From contig NC_087251.1 in the NCBI RefSeq assembly GCF_037042905.1, positions 43,154,001 to 43,218,000 of the forward strand: 64,000 nt of DNA, given 5' to 3'. This DNA comes from Lytechinus pictus (taxonomy: Eukaryota). Positions 1-8,921 of this stretch are shown piece after piece. The notes below the pieces were generated by a model. That model was given only the letters and a program-made list of their open reading frames with translations, made no database searches and was not told where the DNA came from. Every line of letters begins with the position of its first letter. Within the stretch, counting starts at the first letter, position 1. The position numbers were made by a program, and so were the translations under genes.

Positions 1-713
1 ATAAAATACAGCATTTTCAAGTGAAAGAGTGCTTTTTGCCATATCACTTTTTATTTGGTCTTGTATTCAGGTTATGTCTTCATAACCCTGATTTAAATCA
101 TTACAAACCAGAACTGGACGTAACTGTAAAACATGAATAAATAAACAATGATAGCAGTGTTATGTCACAATATGAGTGTAAATTATAGAAGATGTTATAA
201 CGTGAATTACAGAAGCTCTTTTAGGGTTAACGTTAGGTATGGTGTTCTAGGAAACTCACCTGTATCGCTGAAAGATGTGGAATATGGGCTTTACACAGGA
301 AAGTTAAAAATGTACGTTGTATGTCAATGTACTAGTAGAATGCCCTATTTTGGTTAAAGCAAATACTGTATATGTTGTATAATTTCCATTGTATATTGAA
401 AAGATGTATATATTTATACTTGATAAAGTTAAGGTATTTGTATTGAAGAATATGAAATGATATATTATACTTTAATTGGATATTGTTTGCAATTATTTGT
501 ATCGTTAATTAATACACTGAGTGTGACTAAATTTCATTCCATCCTTGCTATGTGGCGCTTGTTCATAGTGAAATGTACTATATAAAGTATATAAATATGT
601 ATAAATAAAGCAAGTATAAACAAATTTCTGAATGTCCATGTTTTTTTTTTATATGTATTTCAACATTATATCAAGGGTAGATTTTAGAACTTAAAATATG
701 TTTTTACTTACAA

Positions 714-842
714 GGGAGTGTTTCAGGAATCAAATAGTGATTTTCATTTACAAAATTATCTTTCAGCCAATCAGATTCAATTATTTTAGTAGCTTATAAC
801 AGTATGCAGTGGAAAAACACAATTTGTTTCATGAAATGCTCC
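714..842 (+). mobile_element. ~130-bp MITE, family with internal AGCCAATCAG core (copy 1)
   Basis: Degenerate TIR GGGAGTGTTTCAGGAA / TTCATGAAATGCTCC. Core CAGCCAATCAGA...AGTAGCTTATAAC is shared with six other copies in the window. Confidence 0.7.
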
Positions 843-1006
843 ATAGATAATGAGAATTTAGTTTGGTGACACCCCCCCCCCCCCCTGAAAAAGTACATTC
901 CATTTCATGACTAGATTACTGCATTTGCCCCGAAAAGGGTTGTGGCATGAAGGATATGTTTTATTGGAAAAATTTACCAATATTACATCAGATTTAATTT
1001 GACCGA

Positions 1007-1154
1007 GGCCCCATTTCATAAAAAGTTTCTGTGATTAGCAACTCTTGCTAGAATATCACCTTTCATTGGAAGAGCCAATCGAAAGCAGAATTTTCAATGT
1101 TCTCATGGTTGTTGACATTCCAGCACGAGTTGCAACTTTTTGTGAAATGGGGCC
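1007..1154. mobile_element. Harbinger-like MITE
   Basis: TIR GGCCCCATTTCATAAAAAGTT / AACTTTTTGTGAAATGGGGCC. Confidence 0.75.
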
Positions 1155-1555
1155 CAGGAGCCCGATCAAAATAGGAAAGCTGCATATTTTTGTTTCGTTA
1201 ATATGTAACGCATTATCAAACATGAAATGGGCTGGAAATTTACCATTTTTGCATTTCCTAACGGGGATATGCATGAAAGCAAATCATCCCCATCTCTGCC
1301 ACTATCGGTATCACTTGCAGCAGTAGGTCAATCTTCATACATTCATCACGATCACTTCCATTTTCCCCACCACTACAATCGCTATCACTACAATCATCTT
1401 CAATTCCTTCACAATCCAGTTATCAAGCTTAGAAACACAATAAACTGCATTCCCCCCAATCAGTTATATCGGGAGAGAGACCTGCGGGTCATAGTGATAT
1501 AGTTCGCTTTTCGCCTCCCAGGCACAGGTGACGCCAAAACAAAATGATAATAAAA

Positions 1556-1740
1556 TATGAAAATACTTACCATGATTTTCTTATTTACGAGATAACTGGA
1601 TATACTCATTTGATTTGCTAGTTCATTACGATTAACTTGCACGCCGAATAAAAGTACACAATTTTTCCTGCGCGCGCGCAGCATCTCCCTACGCACGCAC
1701 TATCCCAAGATCATCACGCAAAAAGGCGTCCATTTCCTCT
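1556..1740 (-). repeat. DIRS 3' (right) inverted terminal repeat plus 3' extension
   Basis: 1592-1740 pairs with 8116-8265. The extension 1556-1591 is not shared with the other ITR but is copied in the ICR (1556-1613 pairs with 1797-1854). Confidence 0.95.
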
Positions 1741-1796
1741 CATGAGCCTGAACGCAAGACATGTTGCCACGTAAGGCGAGGGGTCGGTGGGAGGGT

Positions 1797-1895
1797 TCAA
1801 ATGAGTATATCCAGTTATCTCGTAAATAAGAAAATCATGGTAAGTATTTTCATAATTTACATCAATAACTGGGATATACTCATTTGATTTGCTAG
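1797..1895 (-). other. DIRS internal complementary region (ICR)
   Basis: 1797-1854 is the reverse complement of 1556-1613, and 1853-1895 is the reverse complement of 8235-8277. The two halves overlap at TA 1853-1854. Confidence 0.95.
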
Positions 1896-2029
1896 ACCAA
1901 CACGGATTCAACGTGAAGGGAGGCATGTCTAGACTAAGAAAGTGCGTACAAAAATAGGGAGATGAAGACACGAAAGGCCGCTGCCTTAAGGACAGAGGAG
2001 GAAAATAAGGCCTCATGTGAAGAAAGGTC

Positions 2030-2750
2030 CTTAAGGACAAGGAATTAGAAGAGCGCCAAAAAGGCGGTCCTCAAGATGTCGTATACGACGATTCCATAGA
2101 AAGAGCCCAAGAAGAATGATACTATAATATCATGGGCCCTCGGCCTAGTGTCAGAAGGAGAACATCATCACCAACTGACTTGATCGTTTCAACAATCCAG
2201 CGTGAGAAGATGTCTCGAGAAGCTGCCGCAAACGGCTCGCGCGACAAAACAACCAACTGCACAGAGTTGGGAATTGTCTGAAGAATGGCAAACAAAGACG
2301 AGGGTTAGAAGTAACACCTAATCTAAGCCTATCCCGGCAACGGTCCGGGAGCAATGCATAAGTATGCAAAGCTTTGTACTGTAAATGGTTATATATAAAC
2401 AGATACAGGAGGGATCTCGACTGATAGACAGACAAAAGATACCCTGAAAACCGACCCAAGAGGGAGTTAGTCAAGCGTCAAGAACGACCGACAGGTGCCA
2501 TGACGACTAAGCCATACAAGCTCAACGTTTGAGAAAAACTTAAGAGGTTGTAAGATTCGGATTGAAGGTATTAATCATCCGTAACCGGAGGGATGATAAT
2601 TGCCGATGATCAAAAAACGATCCGATTTTGTTGAAAATTTCGACAAGAATCGTGATCGGAAGACTGAAACTTGTACGGTTCAGTAAGTGATCCATCAATC
2701 AATCTGAGAAGGCGACAGCGGGGCTAATAAAAGCCACGGTCAAGTCACCG
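2030..2750 (-). pseudogene. Tyrosine recombinase remnant of the DIRS element (frameshifted)
   Basis: Minus-strand translation near 2040-2235 gives AASRDIFSRWIVETIKSVG..RPRAHD, then SSWAL, then DILRTAF-WRSSNS across several frameshifts. This resembles the DIRS YR C-terminal box (ISRWI...RAHxTR...SWA...AAxWxSxxxF). The upstream boundary is approximate. Confidence 0.8.
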
Positions 2751-2805
2751 GCTTAATAATTTAAGCCAAGCCGCAACCATGCAAACGTAAGGAATGCGAG
2801 ATAAC

Positions 2806-3100
2806 TCAGAAGCCCCCGCGTGGGAGAAGGCGCCCAGAATTCGATATCTGTCTCAAATGCGTGAGGGCAGAACATCTGCAGAATTCTGATAGAGAGCTGT
2901 GGCAGGACGTTTCCAGCGGTCCGAAAAGGACATGGAACGACAGAGAGTAGGGTTGAAGTAAACCACTCGTAAGGCAGTCAATGTGTCGAGAAAGGCGACT
3001 GAGTGCCATTCTGTTAAAAGAAAATGCCACGGACCTGCTGTCTATGTAGAATAGAACAGTCTGGTCAAAGCAGCTCAAACGGGCGTGTCGGAGAAAAACG
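2806..3100 (-). pseudogene. RNase H remnant of the DIRS element
   Basis: QTVLFYIDSRSVAFSFNRMA resembles the DIRS RNase H motif VxxxxDNxxxxxYINxxGG. A degenerate HV..G.NVL...LS segment follows. Confidence 0.5.
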
Positions 3101-4199
3101 CGGCACGCATCACGACATAATAAGTGTGATAGACAGCGGATCCCTTTTGTCCCGTACTAAATAAAACACCCGCCCGAGGGTGCAGTGCCCGCGGCGGGAG
3201 AGGTGGGCGGTGGTTTGGCTGAAGCCACCATCGCCGAAAGGGTCCGTAAGACTAGGCTACGATGGATGTCCGCTGAGCGGAGTAATCCCTAGTCGCAGCA
3301 AGCGTACGCCAGAGATGAGCTGGCGAACAATGTCTCTGTCATGATCTTACGTGTAAACGATGATCAAGAGATGTCGGTCAAGATGTTCTGAACCAACAGA
3401 CAACGCCAGACATGATACCTCAACAGTTACGTTCCCGACGGAATCGAGTGAGGTAACAACGGCCCTGTCCTATCAAGGTTAGGGACGGAAACTGGCTAAG
3501 AGTGTCTAAGTCCTCGCTTGACGAAACAAGCGGAGGAGAAAGGCGACTTGAGGAAAATAATCACCAATATTTCCCTCGTCTGCGATGAGAACCAGTTGTT
3601 TACGAAAACAGCCACAAGGCCTGGTTTCTCTGGTGATCGCAAGGGCAAGCACCGCCGGCGCCGGTTGCAACAGCATGGAACAGTCCGATATCGGTAAGAT
3701 AAGGAGTTCCGAGAAACTGCGGGGGGCGGCAAAAACGACGCCCTAAGCAGCGGGGGATGAGAATCTATGCTTCTAAAAAGAAGAACTCCAGTGAAGTAAA
3801 TCACTTTCATGGAGAGACTCATCCACAGTCGGCCCGAGAGAAAGCGGGTCGTGGTGATCGTGGTTAGACAGGCATAAGTATGCATACACACACGTATACA
3901 TTTTATACATAAATGTATATCCACCACGATTACATCATCCTCGGTCACGCAGTGACCATGGTCACATACATAGCATGGAAGGAGGATGAAAGCAGCCTGC
4001 GAGGCATCTCAAGTGTGCCGATTGAAAAAGCTTCTAAAAAGAAGACAACTCGACACACGGGCACGGTAAATGCATCGACCGTAGCCCACTCCACACGAGG
4101 AAGCGGCGGAGACGCCCGCAAGCTTGACCCACATAGAGGGCAGTCTATCGGATAGACTGTTCGAGCTCGACCGATGGCCTGGTGGCGGACAGTTTGGTG

Positions 4200-4560
4200 T
4201 GAACTCGCCGACCCGGCACGGTGGGTGCGTCCAGGAAGTAGGCATAGAAATGCCGACAGAAAAAACCTGGGGCTTGAAACAAGCCTGAACGCACGCACAC
4301 AGCCGACAATCTAAAGAGATATATGGCTGTTTCTTTCCACCGAGATGATGCTTACCCGACCGGGAAAGACTCGGGGAACAAGTTGTGAATGTCAACAGGA
4401 GGGGTATCTGGCGTATAAATAGCCGATTCCCTCCGGGCGTTCGGTGCGGGTGCTGCCGGCGGGGTCCGGGGGGACGACCGATGATGGCAGCTCGGGCAGG
4501 GCTCGCACGAGTCGCCCGAATACGAGACAAATAGGTTACAAAATAACCATAATGCACCGG
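4200..4560 (-). pseudogene. Reverse transcriptase remnant of the DIRS element
   Basis: Minus-strand segments FCNLFV, PVDIHNLF and RWKETAIYLFR...GLFQAPGFFCR align by eye to DIRS RT motifs YSxLFxVPK, DLKDAYF and WxGxxYQFxxLPFGLxxAPxxFTK. An in-frame stop is present and no intact YxDD. Confidence 0.55.
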
Positions 4561-5652
4561 GTGGTGAAGGCATAGCGATTATTAAGTATAGGAGAACTAT
4601 TAATCGCCGTGACATTCAGATCCGATATTTATGCTCATAAGCTCGGCAGAGCTACGAGATAGTGAGACATACCGCTGAGCGGTGATGGTGCTAATATCGG
4701 AGTCGCCCTCACTACAGCGGCGATCGCTGGAGGACGGGTGTCTGTACTAGCCCTGACTCTAACCTTGCAAGGAAGAGAAGGAGTTAAAAGTAAAGACAGG
4801 GCACCCTTACTTTCGTATAGAAAGTGAGGTTCAGGCCAAAAGCTGACGGTCCCGTCGCCTGGGCGGACGGTCCGCGGGCGTGATAGGTTGCCCTCTCAAA
4901 AACAGCCAAACATTCTCATGAGAGAAGGAAGGCATGCGGTATGTTAGAAAATCTTACCTCCAATCTACAGGCCCGCCTAGGGGGTAGAATGGAGAGAGTT
5001 ACCGCTGAAAGAGCCGTTGTCGAAAGCGATGCCCGGTCAAACTGTGAGGCTTGACGTAGAGGGCGAATTCGGGAGTACCTGCATATTAATGGGGGATACC
5101 CATGCAGGTGAACTCGCCGACGGCTCCCCGGAGTGCGGGCTGGCGGGAGGAACTCAATCCGCTCAATGCCCGTCACCGGCAATAAGACCGACAGAAAACA
5201 GTCAAGCGGCTGCAGCGACCAACCAGCGACATACGGGGGCTTGCCGACTTGCTGGGTGAGACCCATACGTCAGCAGCACCTGTGCATATCATGAAAACAC
5301 CCGTGCGGGTGAAAAGGGGCCGGCAATTTCAAAGAAAAGGGCCGGTGGCTGGTGCGAGGCTGTTGATAAGCCCAGCCGTCGCGTAGCGGCGGTCTGTAAT
5401 GACGGAGAACACGAGGGTAAGAACCCGTAATGCTCGGGACGTGTTGATGCAACCTGTAAGGATGCAACGTCCAGCCGTCGGTCATCGAGAGCTTGCCGAC
5501 ATGTTGGCTTGAAAGCCGTATGTTGGAAGCACCTGCATGGAAACGGGGTCACCGTGTAGGTGAACAGCGTTTCAATAAAAGCCCGGCGTGAGAGGGCAGG
5601 TGACTGCTTGAACCGCACGGTGCTTAGCACGGCGGCTAAAGCTGACATGAAG

Positions 5653-6087
5653 CGGGAGTCTGGTGACATAATGGGGACGATGCCCGTATGTCGATAACAC
5701 CTGTGTATTAGCGGGAATTTCCCTTGCAGGTGCGTGAGCCGGCGAATCATGAAATTGCCGGTGACTCTCCGAGGTATGAGATGGCGAATGTCTGCTTGGC
5801 CTGCCCGGTGCTTGACACGGCGGCTGAAGCTGACATGAAGCGTGGGGGAATTTACCCGCACTGCTCGTGGGCGTGTGAAGCAACATGAGAGTTGCGACGC
5901 GTGACCAACAATTATCGGGAGTCTGGTGACATAATGGGGGGCGATGCCCGTATGTCGATAACACCTGTGTATTAGGGGGAATTTCCCTTGCAGGTGCGTG
6001 CGCCGGCGAATCATGAAATTGCCGGTGACTCTCCGAGGTGTGAGATGGCGAATGTCTGCTTGACCTGCCTGGTGTTTGACACGGCGG
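5653..6087. repeat. Direct duplication (~171 bp x2) inside the DIRS element
   Basis: 5653-5823 and 5916-6087 are near-identical, with a handful of substitutions. Confidence 0.9.
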
Positions 6088-6349
6088 TTTTTAATAGCTG
6101 ACAGAGAGCATGAGGATAAAAATCCGTGATGCTCGAGGGCGTTCTGTTGTAACATGAAGTTACGACGCCTGACCATCGGCACAAGAATTAGAAAGAAAGG
6201 GTCTGCCCGCGAAGCGGGGTTAGCAACCTAGAATTTCTTCTTCTTCCTCTTCTATGCGGCCCCCGCTGGGGGGCAGAATAGGGTACAAGAGACAGGGGGG
6301 ACGTGATATCTCGCATGAGAAAAATCACCCAAATCTGATTAAGCCGTTT

Positions 6350-6836
6350 AGGCACATGAACGCTAATTCCACGGTTCCACCTTTAAGGGCACGTGGACGC
6401 GATTCCACAGTTCCACCCTGATCAGATAATCGTGAGAATGACGGAGTCGAGCTCACGTGTCTCTAGCGACTAGGGGCTGGTAGCCCTTTGCTAATGCTCC
6501 CTGAAGGAGACTGACAAAGCATCGAGCCTAGTCTGTGCCGGGAAAAGAGTCCCATGCTCTTAACCCGGACTTGATGGACCCGATAGCCGGTGGGTAAAGC
6601 AGCCCTGGAGGAGTGAAGTTTTCTATACTAGTACCACACTCCTCAAAATAGGTTCAGGTCCCGTCGAGGGAGCCTTGGCTATCACCTTTCAGGCACGTGG
6701 CCGCTGCGCCACGGTTCCACCCTAAAACGCTCGGGTACGTGGGCGCGGTTCCACCCTCTTGGGCACGTGGACGCAACTCCACGGTTCCACCCTCCTTTTT
6801 CCAAGGCACGTGGACGCAACTCCACGGTTCCACCCT
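6350..6836. repeat. Six copies of a ~33-bp motif GGCACGTGGACGC..CCACGGTTCCACCC in two clusters
   Basis: Copies begin near 6350, 6387, 6691, 6733, 6761 and 6804. Confidence 0.85.
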
Positions 6837-7178
6837 TTATAGAGCCCATCGCAAAGGGTCTCACTCTCTTGCCCTCATACTCACCGCCGCTGATCACGGG
6901 AACAATAATACCATGTCTGGTTCTCTCCCAGCGGCAGGTTTGGAGTCATCAGGAGATGAGTCAAAAGAGCTCATCTACCTGGTAAGTTCTTAGCTGAAAG
7001 AACAAAAGGAGGGTCGAAAACAGAGAGGGGGCGGAGGGGTGGGTGGACAAGAAAGGTGACAAGCAAGATCCTTATCAGAAATATTAATAATAAAATTAAT
7101 AACTTCGGAAGAACAGGATCGACTTCTTAAACATGAGATCAAACAAAGTTAAGAAGCTGAAGTGAGAAAAAAAAACTA

Positions 7179-7216
<38 letters not shown>

Positions 7217-8115
7217 CAATTACACGTAAACATGACGTTAATTAATTAAAAACAGAAACGTCTAAGTCCAAGGACGAAGAGCAGGATCAGCTAAGAAAAA
7301 AAAACACAAGTTTTTTTTTTTTTTTTTTTTTTTGACAAGGGTCAAAAGAAATAAGTAAAGGAGCTGATCTGAAAGGAAGAAGTAAAAACTTACTTCCCTT
7401 AAACTGGAAAGCCGAAAACTCATTAGCGAAAACTTTTTTAAAGGACGCTAATAGAAAACAGGAGGGCTTCCCAAAAAATTTTAAGAGAAAATAAGTCTAA
7501 AAGAAAAATTTTCAATACAAAAATAATTATTAAAATTAATTAATAATTAAACAATTAACCAATTGGTTAATTAACAATTAATTAATTCATTAATTAATCA
7601 ATCAATCAATTAATCAAACAAAAACAAAAGATTGATTGAGACAATCAACCAACTCACAAAGGAACAAGTTGAAACAAGTTTGAGAACAAACAAGGACGAC
7701 GCTCCTATCTGTCCCATAGCCTAAGCTGTGGGGAGGAAATAAAATCAATTCAATTCAAGACGAGGCAAAGGTGCAAGTCAAGAATAATAAAGAATTAAAA
7801 AGATTTGGCGTCGTATCAAGGCCTGCGGCACGCAGGAATAGTGCGCGGAGCTACGGGTAAGGGAAGCGGAAGCAACCCGTCTGTGAGAAAACGAAACTGA
7901 CGTTCGGAACTCACAAGTTTATTTAAAGAAAAACGTGAATAATAACACGAATGCTCCATGCACTATGATATAAATGAAATCAATCTATAGCCGAAAGGCA
8001 AAGGATTGAAATAGGCTGTAAATACATAGATAAATATGTAAACAACGGACACTTTTTATAGAAAAGTGGGAGTGTACTTAGCTAACGTCTGCTCACGGCG
8101 GCAGGCGAAAGTAAA

Positions 8116-8277
8116 AGAGGAAATGGACGCCTTTTTGCGTGATGATCTTGGGATAGTGCGTGCGTAGGGAGATGCTGCGCGCGCGCAGGAAAAATTGTGT
8201 ACTTTTATTCGGCGTGCAAGTTAATCGTAATGAACTAGCAAATCAAATGAGTATATCCCAGTTATTGATGTAAATTA
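8116..8277 (-). repeat. DIRS 5' (left) inverted terminal repeat with unique terminal bases
   Basis: 8116-8265 is the reverse complement of 1592-1740 except for one G indel. 8235-8277 is the reverse complement of ICR 1853-1895. Confidence 0.95.
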
Positions 8278-8763
8278 ATAAAGACAAGATCTGATACCCT
8301 TTTCTCTTATTCAAGGTGGAATTTAATAACCGACCACTGTCACACAAGTTTGTACACACAAAAGTTCCATCTTTCCGCCTTTTTGCATTTGCAAAACGAA
8401 CGTGATACACATTCTAATAAATCATATTGCAAATATAATCTAATCAAAACATTATCAATCCTACCTCATATAATAATCATTCTTCTCGCCTCTTCTTGAA
8501 CTTTTGTCATAGTAAAACATGAATTAAATTCTGCCTTTCAAAAGACGATTACTGCACATAAAATTCTCTTCTGTCTGCATGATTTATAACTATACAAGAT
8601 TTAGGATTTCTCTGATTTCTTATTTCTACATCATCGGTATTTACATTCTTATGTGCTAAAATATCTTGCATTTTCTTTTTCACTGGTAATAAATAAAGGG
8701 GTAGACTGTGACATTCAGACATACATACATTCAATATGTAAACAAATTTAAAATAAAAACCAG

Positions 8764-8921
8764 GAGGGGTTCACAAAGAGTAAAGTGTGACTTAGAATCG
8801 TACTTAAAAATGGTGACGCGCACATAACAATATGTAACGCGGTAATGCCTTGTTAAACCACACCCAACTGGGAATTCAAGTGTGACTTTATGTCACACTT
8901 AACGTTTTGTGAAACGGCCCC
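8764..8921. mobile_element. Harbinger-like MITE with CAG target-site duplication
   Basis: Imperfect TIRs GAGGGGTTCACAAAG..AAGTGTGAC / GTCACACTT..TTTTGTGAAACGGCCCC. CAG at 8761-8763 and 8922-8924. Confidence 0.7.

Larger units (their letters stand above)
1556..8277 (-). mobile_element. DIRS1-like tyrosine-recombinase retrotransposon, structurally complete but coding-decayed
   Basis: Inverted terminal repeats 1592-1740 and 8116-8265. ICR 1797-1895 is complementary to both outer termini. No target-site duplication beyond a shared TA. Minus-strand remnants of RT, RNase H and YR occur in the DIRS order. Confidence 0.93.

Noticed and set aside
6350..6836. Repeat-spacer pattern suggestive of CRISPR
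   Set aside because: Linkers are only a few bases and irregular, the context is eukaryotic, and there are no cas genes.
6915..6995. Possible hammerhead ribozyme in the DIRS leader (CTGATGA on the minus strand next to the hairpin AGATGAG..CTCATCT)
   Set aside because: The required GAAA after stem II is absent (it reads AGAAC) and stems I/III could not be built. An Infernal search with hammerhead models would settle it.
1556..8277. Interpreting the element as a cut-and-paste DNA transposon or an LTR element
   Set aside because: Non-identical ITR ends plus an ICR, no TSD, and YR/RT remnants are diagnostic of DIRS1-type retroelements.
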